64,000 nucleotides of DNA, from positions 12,276,001 through 12,340,000 of the forward strand of contig OX597820.1 in the NCBI GenBank assembly GCA_951406725.2, given 5' to 3'. A program made the position numbers and the translations under genes. The DNA is from Octopus vulgaris. Taxonomy: Eukaryota. The number at the start of each line of letters is the position of its first letter. Within the stretch, counting starts at the first letter, position 1. The notes under the pieces were generated by a model. It saw only the letters and a list, made by a program, of their open reading frames with translations, ran no database searches and had not been told where the DNA came from. Of the stretch, positions 52,397-63,572 are shown piece after piece.

Positions 52397-52900
52397 ATTT
52401 CTTTACTACCCACAAGGGGCTAAACACAGAGGACACAAACAAGGACAGACAGACAGATTAAGTCGATTACATCGACCCCAGTGCGTAACTGGTACTTAAT
52501 TTATCGACCTCGAAAGGATGAAAGGCAAAGTCGACCTCGGCGGAATTTGAACTGAGAACGTAACGGCAGACATTCTTTTATTCTTTTACTTGTTTCCAGT
52601 CATTTGGCTGCGGCCATGCCGGAGCACCGCCTCAATTGGTTGAGCTTAAACAACCAGCTGTTATTATTAATATATTTATATTTATTAAAGCGGTGAACTG
52701 GTAGAATCGTTAGTAAACCAGGTAAAATGTTTAGCAGCATTTTGTCCGTCTTTCTGAGTTCAAATAGCGCCGAGGCCGATCATGCCGTCCCTCTTTTCGG
52801 TGTGGTTAAAATAAACCAAGATTGAGCACTGGGGGTCAATGAAATCAACATACCCCTTCCTCCGAACTTGCCGGCCTCATGCCAAAATTTGAAACCAATA
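52397..52900. mobile_element. SINE cluster: Meta-like (minus, 52397-52572), CORE-SINE tail (minus, 52573-52632), Meta-like (plus, 52690-52900)
   Basis: Direct similarity to the other copies in this window. Confidence 0.8.
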
Positions 52901-53288
52901 TAATTATATTCAATAGTGAGTGTGAATGGCTGACACAGTAGAAACAGCTTAAATATTCTGTTACGTTGAATCGTGTCCTTTTACAGGCTGCGTGTTTAAA
53001 TCTTACAGAAGTCAACTCCTCACTTTCATCGTTCTAGAATCAATGAAACTTGTAGCTCTGAAGTATTGGAAGTAAACCGATTCGACTACTCCTTCCCACA
53101 AAATATGTAATAATCTTATGTGTAATCGAAGAAAAATGTTAGATATATCAGGCAATGTACTTGAAGGCATTCGCGTGGATCAGTTGTGAAAGTGAGAAAT
53201 ACATTCGTGTCTGGTACTTTGTTAACCGGAATTCAAAAGAAGTAGATAGCTTGAAATATGGAAGACGAATTAGAAATCACTGTGAACT

Positions 53289-53359
<71 letters not shown>

Positions 53360-53608
53360 TAGAAATAGAGATAGATAGAGAGAGAGAAAGAGGAGGAGAA
53401 TACTATTTCAATTTTCAAAACAGTGGCCCATTGAAAAAGGGCAATAAACGCTACATTCTTTCGAACATATAGAAAAACTAAGATTTTTAAGATTTCATTA
53501 TTCATTATGAACAGAGGACTGACTTGGACATACATAATTGGACATACATAATTACATATATACATACACACATACGTACAAACATTTTTTCATACATACA
53601 CACATACG

Positions 53609-53639
<31 letters not shown>

Positions 53640-53869
53640 GTATCTGTGTATGAATGTATTGTGCATGATTGCATGTATGCCTGACTGTCTGTCTGTCTGT
53701 CTGTATGTATGTATGTATAAATGTATGTATGTATATAATTTGACTTGTTCGACTTTCAATTTTTTATAGTATAGTAAAATTATATTGTTAAATAATTTGC
53801 CGCTGGCAGTCTTTGAGTTTGCTTCCCATTAACCAAAAATAATTTCAATAAATCTGAATTTTATTACAT

Positions 53870-54205
53870 AATGAATCATGATATATCATTATGATGTCTA
53901 GAAGTGTTTTGCATTTTTTCCCCTGTATTTCGTATATCCGCTCTGAAGAATTTAGATAATTACTATGAAATAATCTCTCTTATACCATAAAATGTATTCC
54001 AAGACAATCTTAACAAGAGGAGCTTTGTTTTATAGACGTATTGTCATAGCTCGAGTAATTATCTTAGTAGGATTGTCTTTGAATATACGTTTATGATATA
54101 TGAGAGATTATTGTATGGTAATTATCTAAATCTCTAAGAAAATTTAATGATATCAGAAATATAGAGAATAGGTAAAACTGTTCTAGACAACATAGTGATT
54201 CATCA
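53870..54205. repeat. AT-rich imperfect fold-back (MITE-like)
   Basis: ATTTAGATAATTACTATGAAATAATCTCTCTTATACCATAAAATGTATTCCAAGACAATC pairs with GATTGTCTTTGAATATACGTTTATGATATATGAGAGATTATTGTATGGTAATTATCTAAAT. The outer arms ATGAATCA..GTCTAGAA also pair. Confidence 0.75.
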
Positions 54206-54402
54206 TAATTTACGGTGTAACTCTGTAACAAAATTCGAAGATATACCATTTAAAGTGTGTATGTGAGATTCTTGTGGATGATACTACAATGTGAATTGAG
54301 GAATGTAACGCTTGAGGAGGATAATAACCAATACTTTTAGACTTTAATAACCTGATGTGAATGCAAGAAGCTCTTGTATGGATCTTAGTGCGTTACTACC
54401 AG

Positions 54403-54645
54403 CGGCGAGCTGGTAGAAATGTTTGCACTCCGGACAAATGCTTAGCAACATTTCGTCTGTCTTTTTGTTTTAAGTTGAAATGTTGCTGCGGTCGACTTAC
54501 ATTGCCTTTCATCCCTTTGGAGACGAGATCGACTTCATATGCCTTTAACTATTTCGGAATCGATGAAATAAGTACTTCGTTTGATGAAATCGACCAGCCT
54601 CCCCCAAGAAAATTTCGGGCCTTGTGCTTATTGTAGTAGAAATTA
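54403..54645 (+). mobile_element. Decayed Meta-like SINE
   Basis: Head GCGGCGAGCTGG, core TTGCCTTTCATCCCTTTGG, tail AAATTTCGGGCCTTGTGC. Confidence 0.7.
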
Positions 54646-54659
54646 TTATAATTATAAGT

Positions 54660-55969
54660 ATTGTTGTTATTCTGAAAGACTCTCGATAATTCTTAATTAC
54701 CGATTATTCTTTACTTGAAAGCAGTCAATAACAAATCACCAAACGTTTCAAGTAGTGCCTTCTCCTGTGACTCAAAGAGACAATACTCTCTTTAGAATGC
54801 GAGCTGTACCTACAACGCTGTTTTCTGGATCACCTCAAGCCTGATAGCAGCTCCAATATTCTTGATATGGTTTTCAAAAAAGCTCTTGGAAACTGCTCCT
54901 AATGCTCCAGTTACCACCGGTATCATCATTATTTTCCTCATGCCCCATAACTTTCCTATCTCGTCCCATAGTGGCTAGTATTTCTCAATCTTTTCTGTTT
55001 GCTTACCTTTCACCTTCGAATCGCCTGGTATTGCAACATCTAATATCTTTGCTTCTTTTTCATCTTTATGGATGATCACAATATCTGGCCGTCTCGCCTA
55101 TGTGACTTGGTTGCACTGCATGTTAAAATCCCAGATTATTTTGTAATGTTCGTTTTCCGTTACTCCCTCTGGCTTGTATTCATACCATTGTTCGGCTCTC
55201 TCGAGGTTTGCTTTACCGCAGAACAGCCAGTGGACATATCTGGCTATATTGTGTCTCCTTTTGCATTCGCGTTGTGCAAGCTTACATCACTCACTAACAA
55301 TATGGCTTATACTTTCTCCTTTCTCATAGTACATCCTACACTGTGGCGAATCAGCGTTTTAAGCAATGTGATATTTGGAGTAGTTTCTTCTGAGAGCTTG
55401 TTCTTGAGCGCTGCACATTAATGCCTCAGTGGGCCATTTTAAGTCTCCTTTCTGCAGCTATTGCCAGGTTCTATTTCAATCAATCTCATCTTTATTCTTC
55501 AAGAACTGAGTATGCATTATCTTGTCCTCCCAAATCTTCTTCATCTGCTCTCTCTGATATTTCTTAAAGTGTGTTGGATCGACTTCTTTGTTCACTTTTA
55601 AGGTTCCCTGCATTTTCACTGCTTCAATCCTTTCTTGTTTACTCCCCTTGACATACCAAACCAGACTACTTTCCTCTTTCCTTACACAACTTTCACAATC
55701 CCCCTCCTCCTTTCCTCTTTACATACACGCTTGACAAATCACTCTTGGGGTGTAGTTCCTTGTTAATTGTCATTAATTTACGTGTTCTTTGGTCTATTGT
55801 AATTCATGCTTCTTCAAAGATACTATTCCTGCCTCATATCTCATCAAAGTAACTGCCCACGTGTTAGTTGCTCTAAACTTGTAACGGCCATTTAGGTTCG
55901 ATTGGAGCACAAGCCGAGTTCTCAAATACTCTTTCCTGTACATTTCTTTCATCTTGTGTTCATTCATCT
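54660..55969 (-). mobile_element. R4/Dong-clade LINE 3' portion (thumb, CCHC, PD-(D/E)xK endonuclease), pseudogenised
   Basis: Minus strand reads MKEMYRKEYLR..LNGR..NTWAV..LHPKSD..ESISHIVS..WYEYKPEGVTENEHYKIIWDF..RRPDIVII..ILDVAIPGD..EKIEKY..IPVVTGALG..IQKTAL.GTARIL. Confidence 0.9.
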
Positions 55970-55993
55970 ATTATTATTATTATTATTATTATT

Positions 55994-56547
55994 GAGTGAG
56001 AGAGCAGTTCATGCCATCAAAGTGACACTGGGGTAAAATATACGAAGCCCAATATACCCATCATGACTACCCGTCTGATAAAGGTACACCAGGCACATGC
56101 ATCACAACCATATGTGCGCGACATGGTGATCTCATATCAAGATAAACAGCACATGACCTTGCAAGTGGGGCCCAGTTAGAATTTTCTTCAGGTTGAGTAT
56201 CCCATCCCGCTCAAACGGTCCCTGAATAAGGGTTGTTTAAGGATGTTGAAAGAACCACCCATGTTTCCAGAGGTGAACTATTCAAACCCCAAAGAATCCC
56301 TCTCAACACATTGCTATGATGCTCCCCCACTACTTCTGCTCGTGATCAGAGATGCACATATCGTCAGCCACTAAGGGACATGCTCAACTGGTTAAGGTCA
56401 AACAACTGACAAGCAAATCTGTGGTATTGAGCAGAATATTTGCTGTAGCCCATCTTTTATACCAAGACAAAACAATGTACATGATAACACTTCCAATCAG
56501 TTAAGATCAGAAGCCATGAGAGCCACTGCCTGGTACTGCATCAGGGC

Positions 56548-56551
<4 letters not shown>
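55994..56551 (-). mobile_element. ~560-bp non-coding element flanked by (TAA)n on both sides; putative non-autonomous R4/Dong partner
   Basis: Sharp boundaries in (ATT)n tracts, a second (deleted) copy at 8901-9166, no ORF and no tRNA boxes seen. Strand is inferred from the neighbouring LINEs. Confidence 0.7.
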
Positions 56552-56639
<88 letters not shown>

Positions 56640-56677
56640 TATTATTATTATTATTTTTATTATTATTATTATTATTA

Positions 56678-56737
<60 letters not shown>
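56552..56737. repeat. (ATT)n microsatellite
   Basis: About 185 bp of ATT repeats with phase slips. Confidence 0.95.
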
Positions 56738-56739
56738 GT

Positions 56740-57145
56740 TTTTGTTTTTATTATTACATGTTTGTCTTATGCTTTGCATTTGGATAAGTTGAATCCAAGT
56801 CTCATTCAGAGACAACAAGTAGGAAGTTTATATTGGTGTTATGTCTAGGGTGTCATATATTTAGTTTTGCACATAGTATTGCTCTCGAGAATGTTTAAGA
56901 AAACATCAGAAAACTATTAGTTTGTGTTAAAATTTGCGATTACATAGACAGAGGATATGGGCAGTTCTGATGAGCACTATCTTTTGAATTTCTACCATTT
57001 TGGGGTTTCCTGGTATCGAGCTAGGTAGGAATCAGCCCCTTTTGCTATCATTCCTATGACAACAGGTATTATTTTAGTCTTGAGGTTCCACATTTTGCCA
57101 ATTTCAATTTCAAGATCTTTATACTTTCTCAGCTTTTTGGTATTT
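56740..57145 (-). mobile_element. R4/Dong-clade LINE extreme 3' end (second family)
   Basis: Minus strand reads KLRKYKDLEIEIGKMWNLKTKIIPVVIG..PGNPKMVEIQKIVLIRTAHIL; the 3' UTR runs into (TAA)n. Confidence 0.85.
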
Positions 57146-58122
57146 AATCAGATAGCTGAACATCATAGCTTTTGATTTTCCATTATGGATATTGGGCGTA
57201 ATCGCGTTTATTAACTGCAAAATTACAAATGCACCCAAAGAAAATATTTTCCTCAAACTGTAATATATTATGGTTTTTCCCTATGCCTAAGCATAACCTT
57301 AGTTTTATTCAACTTTAGAAAGATTTTCAAATATAAATTAATCTCATACATCTTTGATAGATAAAGTCAGACCTTTATTTGAATAGTTGGAGTATGAGCA
57401 TGTGGCATCAAACTTAACAAGTGCACATTGCGCTTTAGGTGACAGTGCAATTCGCAGTTCTGATTTTGACGGGTGATAAACCTTAAATACCCTAATAACA
57501 TGAAAGTCAGGTTGTTGATTTAGCAGTGCTATGTCGCGCTATATTTTTATAACTATATTGTGATATCTACACCAGTTGTTTTCAAATCCCTTGTCGTTAA
57601 AGAGGACAGTTCTGCTATCAGATATCTAAGCTGTATTTAGATGAAGCCAGTGGGCGAAGTTTAAAGAGAAGTATTGAAGAATAGTGTCATCAAGATTTTA
57701 CATAACAACAGTTAGATTTTGTAGCAAAATACGTGTTAATGTGTAGAAGGAATTGCCTATTAATCAGAAACTTAGTGTCATGATTCTGTTTGAAGTGCTA
57801 TAATAATAATAATGATTAATAGCTCTAGTTCAAACCTTGCTCATATATGTCTTCTCCACTCATATTCTCTATTGAGGACGAAGCGTCATCCTTATTAATG
57901 GCCATATTGAGATTGACAATCATACTTAAATATTTAACGACTATCATTTGATAATGAATATCATTTGACCTGACTTGACCATGTTTATAATATCACATAA
58001 ATAGTTTCTGACACGATATATGACAAAAAAACCCACCCATTATACTGTTGTAAACTATTCGGGTAAGGTAGCTTTTTAACATTCAAAAGTAGATTAAGTT
58101 TACTACCAGTTTATATTAATTA

Positions 58123-58521
58123 CTAGCAGTATCGCCCGGCGTTGCTCGGGTTTGTAAGGGAAATAACTATATAAGCATTTTTAGAGATGTAAAGTATAAT
58201 AGCCATCTCAATATGGCAAACCACAAAGGGGGGGGTGTTACTGTAGCTTTTTACGTTCTGAGATTTAATAATACATTTTTAAAGAGTTACTTCCCTTATA
58301 TAATAGCAAAAAAATGCATTAAAAATGGGAAAAATTGATGGTAAATTTTTTTAAAATCGTAGACTCATCGTAGACGCGCGCTAATACCCAGAAGGGCTCG
58401 ATATGAATCACGACTATAAGATACCCGGTTTTGGTTAAACTGCATCGCAAAATGTGGGAGTAGTTAGGAATCTAAATCGTAGGAGACAGACAGCACACAA
58501 CCTCACTTTTATATATAAAGA
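58123..58521 (-). mobile_element. Non-autonomous Helitron
   Basis: Minus strand starts A|TCTTTATATATAAAAG and has the same 3' hairpin and CTAG|T end as 48878-49246. Confidence 0.85.
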
Positions 58522-59514
58522 TTACGGTGTAATGTATATTCACGACGCGTAAAATTGTATCCTAACAATATTTTGTAAATGTTTCTTTTTTTCACACTCC
58601 ACATCTCACTTGTGATTGGCAGACATTTTACTTTCAACCACCAAATATAATTAATTATTTTTATAATTCTAAAGAGTAATAATTTCTTCAAGTTGATGCA
58701 AAATATTTTATTTTATTGGTCATGTTCTCAAAAGTTATACTAGACCACATTTTGGCATCGATTTCTATATGTCACGTATTTATAGCACCGATGCATTTGG
58801 GAAACACTCTTAAAACAAAACTAGTTTGATTTGTAAAAGAACGTGGTTATTTCTACTTAATTCTTTACCACAGTTGAGCTGTGAGTGTACATATTTTGCA
58901 ATTTTCTACCCTCTTCTCATTAATTCTTTTCCCAGGAATGTAGCAAGCTGACGATAATTTAATAATTAGAACAACTATTTTTCCTTTAAACAATAGACCC
59001 CAAAATAATACTATTTATCGTTGTGGATCTCTGTTTAGAAACAAAAGTCACTTGATTCTTTTTCTCGGTTCTCTTGTACGTGGTTAACATACAAAACAGA
59101 ATTTACTGTTATATGAACTATTGCATATGCGAAGAATAGGTTTACATTCTCCCCGGGAGGATTCAAGCTAGCATAAATATTATCGATAATCTTATCATTT
59201 GAAATAATCTAAATCCAACAAATCTATAAATCCTTGCACAGTAATGTGAACAGCTAATCGAATATTGCGCTATACTACTTTTGTTTCATGAAATTATATT
59301 CCATCATTACTTCCTACAACAAATCCCGTTGCAAAGATAGTTGTATTGTTTATTTGTATTGTATACTGAAATGTATTATGCTATTTCCAGCAGTTTCCTG
59401 AAATGCGAGAAGAAAAGATAATTCTGTTATCAATGTTGCGTCACTAAAGCGTGACATTTCGATTCTATGTTATCTTTTGTTACAAATAGCGTCACATTGA
59501 GCATACAAACCTCA

Positions 59515-60105
59515 GAAACTGTCAGAAAGTTTAAATACCCAGCATGAAGGATACACGACAGAAATCTTCAACGGCAGTGCTCACAAAACTTAAGCCAATC
59601 TGGAAAAGTGAGAATATTAGGATATTAGGCTCTCCACAGAATTCAGAGAGATGCGATCATTTCTGGTTCCTATGTTTCTGTATAACCGCGAGGCTTGGAA
59701 ATTAACAGTGGAACTGGAAAAAAATAAGCGCAATGGAAATGCGATGCTACAGACGGCTCCTAGTTATCTAGTACAAAGAATACGTAACAAATAACAAATA
59801 AAGGATGAAAACAACCCTGGTTATTCGACCACACAATGGTCTGCTGACACTTGCAAAGGCACAAAAGCTGAAATGGTATGGCCATGTCACCAGAAGGTCC
59901 GGCCTAGCAATGAAAATCCTGCGAGGCGCAGTGAAAGGTGGACGAAAGCAAGCCAGGCCAAGACAAAAAGAGCTTGTAACATCAAACAGTGGACAGACCT
60001 CAATTTCAGCGACTCACAGAGGGTAACAGAAACCTGAAAGAAGTGGCGAAATCTGGTTGTGATGTCATCAGCGAATGTCCCAACGACCACACAGTACAGG
60101 GATAG
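59515..60105 (+). mobile_element. RTE-clade LINE 3' fragment
   Basis: Reads ETVRKFKY..LTKLKPIWKS..FLYNREAWKL..AMEMRCYRRLL..LKWYGHVTRRSGLAMKILRGAVKGGRKQARP. Confidence 0.85.
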
Positions 60106-60432
60106 GTTAAGATGGGATTAATATAAGTTAATTTTCTGATAATCTTTCCTTTAAGTTAAGACACACGTTGAAATTAGTTACGAATTATGGCGTAATAGTA
60201 AGGAAATTAAATGTGTCTTATTGGTGAAATAGATTAAAGGTGGGATTTAATTATTCTTTATCATTGGAAAGTACAATATGAAATTGAAAAGAAGACAAAC
60301 ACTTAAAACATGTACAATCAGAACAAAAACATGGAGTGTAGACTTTCTGTCTATGTATGTATGTATGTATGTATGTATGTATGTATGTATGTATGTATGT
60401 ATGTATGTATGTATGCATGTATGTATGTATGT

Positions 60433-60815
60433 TGTAAGAGGCTTACCTACCAACCACATATGTTTCCGGGTTCAGTCCCACTGCGTGGCATCTTGGGCAA
60501 GTGTCTTCTACTATAGCCTCGGGCCGACCAAAGCCTTATGAGTGGATTTGGTAGACGGAAACTGAAAGAAGCCCGTCGTATATATGTATATGTATATATA
60601 TGTGTGTGTTTGTGTGTCTGTGTTTGTCTCCCCAACATCGCTTGACAACCGATGCTTGTGTGTTTACGTCCCCGTAACTTAGCAGTTCGGCAAAATAAAC
60701 CGATAGAATAAGTACTAGGCTTACAAAGAATAAGTCCTGGGGTCAATTTCCCCGACTAAAGGCGGTGCTCCAGCATGGTCGCAATCAAATGACTGAAAAA
60801 ATAAGAGTTAAAGAG
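60433..60815 (+). mobile_element. CORE-type SINE (OR2-like)
   Basis: Near-complete copy of the family. Confidence 0.9.
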
Positions 60816-60839
60816 TACAATAGTATGTATGCATGTATA

Positions 60840-61258
60840 GGCGCAGGAGTGGCTGTGTGGTAAGTAGCTTGCTAACCAACCACATGGTTGCGGGTTCAGT
60901 CCCACTGCGTGGCATCTTGGGCAAGTGTCTTCTGCTATAGCCCCGGGCCGACCAATGCCTTGTGAGTGGATTTGGTAGACGGAAACTGAAAGAAGCCTGT
61001 CGTATATATGTATGTATATATATGTGTGTGTGTGTGTTTGTGTGTCTGTGTTTGTCCCCCTAGCATTGCTTGACAACCGATGCTGGTGTGTCTACGTCCC
61101 CGCCACTTAGCGGTTCGGCAAAAGAGACCGATAGAATAAGTACTGGGCTTACAAAGAATAAGTTCCGGGGTCGATTTGATCGACTAAAGGCGGTGCTCCA
61201 GCATGGCCGCAGTCAAATGACTGAAACAAGTAAAAGAGTAAAGAGTAAGAGTAAGAGT
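60840..61258 (+). mobile_element. CORE-type SINE (OR2-like), full length
   Basis: Runs from the head GGCGCAGGAGTGGCTGTGTGG to a (AAGAGT)n tail. Confidence 0.9.
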
Positions 61259-61295
61259 ATGTTTGTATGTATGTATATATCGATATATATGTGTT

Positions 61296-61340
<45 letters not shown>

Positions 61341-61437
61341 CGGGAAGCTTTATGAAAATAGACAAAAGACGAAGGCAGGTGGAAAACAAACAAACAATTG
61401 TATTAGTATGGCGCTCAGGAAATATAAATAAAACAAG

Positions 61438-61475
61438 TCTTTAACGTTTCGAGCCTACGCTCTTCAACAGAAAGA
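61438..61475 (-). ncRNA. Minimal type I hammerhead ribozyme motif (CUGUUGA core variant) in the PLE 3' terminal repeat
   Basis: Minus strand reads TCTTT-CTGTTGA-A-GAGC-GTAG-GCTC-GAAA-CG-TT-AAAGA: 5-bp stem I, 4-bp stem II, loopless palindromic stem III (ACGT) and predicted cleavage after GUU. Confidence 0.8.
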
Positions 61476-61607
61476 TACACAGAGAGAAAAAAAACACAGA
61501 AAGGAGAGAAAAAAATGCGTGCAGTAACTAACGAATCAACATGGCGATCTGATTTCGGCCAGAGGTCAAAGATCAAACATGAGACGCGAGAGCGAAATAA
61601 GGGGAGA

Positions 61608-61995
61608 TAATAGGGTTGATAATAGGGTTGATAATAGGGTTGAATGACCAGCTATTAGTGCGTAGGAGGGGTCTGGACGTGTGTATGTATAGGGTTGGTG
61701 TATGTATTAGTATGTATTAGTATGTATAAGGGTGTGTGTGTGTGTGTGTGTATGAGAGAGTATTAGTGCGTAGGATAGTCTGGACGTGCGTATGTATGGG
61801 GTTGGTGTATGTATTAGTATGTATTAGTATGTATTAGTACGTATTAGTATGTATAAGTGTGTGTGTGTATGAGAGAGTATAAGTGCGTATGAGGGGTCTG
61901 GACGTGTGTATGTATAGGGTTGGTGTATGTATTAGTATGTATTAGTATGTATTAGTACGTATTAGTATGTATTAGTTGGTGTATGTATTAGTATG
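61608..61995. repeat. Nested tandem repeats in the PLE 3' UTR
   Basis: ATAGGGTTGATA three times, then three ~110-bp units starting TAGTGCGTA..GTCTGGACGTG with variable numbers of a TATGTATTAG decamer. Confidence 0.9.
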
Positions 61996-62000
61996 GCACA

Positions 62001-63572
62001 TCATATATGATGTGATGTGTAAAGTCGTGTGGTGTAGTGAGGAGAAGAGGGGGGAAGGGGAGAAGAGGGGGGAGGGGGGAATAAGAGGGGGAGGAGAGGG
62101 GGAAGATGAGAGGATGGGGGAGAGAGAGGAGGGGGAGAAGGAAGGGGAGGAGGGGGAGGAAGGAGGAAAGAGGGAGAGGGAGAGAGAGAAGGGGAGTGAG
62201 GGAGCAGAGGGAAGGGGAAGAGGGAAGGAGGGAGGGAGAAAGAGGGAAGAAGGGAAGGGGAGTAGGGGTGAAAGGATGAAGGACTGAAGAGGTAGGGGTC
62301 GGGGGAAAGGATAGGTGAGGAGGGGGAGGGGGTTAGATGAGGAGGGGGAGAGTTGAGACCAAATGGCGTATAAGAGCGAAGAGAGAAGATTAATTCCTGT
62401 TCACGGCGCAAACGGGAATCCGGATGGCCTCTGTGTAAGGACAAACCGAACACAGATAGGTGTTGCAAGGAGTGACCGGTGGAGCGGAAATGGCGTGAGA
62501 CCGGTGTGTCGTTCGCAAGGTGGATGTCACGAAGGTGTTCCGCGAACCGGTCAGCCAAGCGGCGTCCCGTTTGTCCGATGTACAAGGAATTGCAGAGAGA
62601 GCAAGAGACGCAATAGATAATATTGCTGGAGGTGCAGGTGAAGGAGTGGATGATGGGATAGGGTCGATGGTGGGTGCTAGTGAGGCGGGTGGTGTTGGAG
62701 AGGTAAGGGCAAGTGCGGCAACGTGGGCGGGAGCAGGGGAACGAGCCGGGTTGGGAGGTAGGGTCAGGGAAGGAGCTATGGACCAAAAGGTCTCGAAGGT
62801 TGTGGGCTCGTTTGAAAGAGGGGAGGGGTCGGTCAGGGAAGAGGTGTGAAGTGGACGGGTCGGACTGGAGATGACGGAAAGCTCGAAGAATGGTGCGTTG
62901 GAGACGTAGGGTCGTGGGGTGGTAAGTGAGGGGAAAAGGGAGGCGGGAGACTACAGGGCGGGTTCGGGGAGAGAGAGCAGATACACGGTCCACGGACCGT
63001 GCTCTGGCAAGGGCGGTGTGGATAGTGGTGAGGGGGTATCCACGTAGGGTGAAGTGGTGAGCCATACGTTGAGACTGAGTCTCAAAGTCATGGTCGTCAC
63101 TACAGAGCCTACGTAGACGGAGGAATTGGGAATAGGGGATGGAAAGCTTGGTGTGTTCTGGGTGGGAGGAAGAGAAGTTGAGGTATGTGTGTGAGTCTGT
63201 GTGTTTGTAGTGAATGGAGGTGGTAAGAGTGGAGTGAAGAATGCTAACCGAAATGTCGAGGAAGGAGACAGAGGTGTTGGAGATAGTGGAAGTGAAGTGG
63301 AGGGCTGGATGGAAAGATTGGACGAAAGAGAGGAAGGAATCTAGATGTTCACGGGAGAGTGAGGTGGCACCGATAATGTCGTCAATGTAACGACCATATA
63401 GTTCAGGAGTGGGACCAGTGAAATTAGAGAATATTTGGGCCTCAACATAGCCAACGAACAGGTTCGCATAGTTGGGGCCAATTCGCGTTCCCATGGCCAC
63501 TCCCGAGACCTGATGGTAGAACTCGCCCGCGAACGAGAAGCAGTTCAGAGTAAGGACAAGTTCGGCCAGACG
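62001..63572 (-). CDS. PLE polyprotein fragment: reverse transcriptase C-half, Cys linker and GIY-YIG endonuclease (no native start)
   Basis: The frame is open from RLAELVLTLNCFSFAGEFYHQVSGVAMGTRIGPNYANLF through RYIDD, FLD, CSRPRCRTC, FTCTSSNIIYCVSCSLC..YIGQTGRRLADRFAEH and REQELI..PFGLN. The last ~115 codons are Pro/Ser low complexity. Confidence 0.9.
   Translation of the reverse strand, partial: RLAELVLTLNCFSFAGEFYHQVSGVAMGTRIGPNYANLFVGYVEAQIFSNFTGPTPELYGRYIDDIIGATSLSREHLDSFLSFVQSFHPALHFTSTISNTSVSFLDISVSILHSTLTTSIHYKHTDSHTYLNFSSSHPEHTKLSIPYSQFLRLRRLCSDDHDFETQSQRMAHHFTLRGYPLTTIHTALARARSVDRVSALSPRTRPVVSRLPFPLTYHPTTLRLQRTILRAFRHLQSDPSTSHLFPDRPLPSFKRAHNLRDLLVHSSFPDPTSQPGSFPCSRPRCRTCPYLSNTTRLTSTHHRPYPIIHSFTCTSSNIIYCVSCSLCNSLYIGQTGRRLADRFAEHLRDIHLANDTPVSRHFRSTGHSLQHLSVFGLSLHRGHPDSRLRREQELIFSLRSYTPFGLNSPPPHLTPSPSSPILSPDPYLFSPSSFHPYSPSLLPSFSLPPSLFPFPLLPHSPSLSPSPSFLLPPPPPLPSPPPLSPPSSHLPPLLPLLFPPPPSSPLPPSSPHYTTRLYTSHHI

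Noticed and set aside
61650-61995. Regularly spaced repeats resembling a CRISPR array (also 841-925)
   Set aside because: The intervening sequences are themselves repeats rather than unique spacers, there are no cas genes, and the context is eukaryotic.
61976-62849. Plus-strand ORFs 61976-62287, 62363-62620 and 62520-62849
   Set aside because: They are antisense shadows of the GC-rich PLE ORF and its purine tract.
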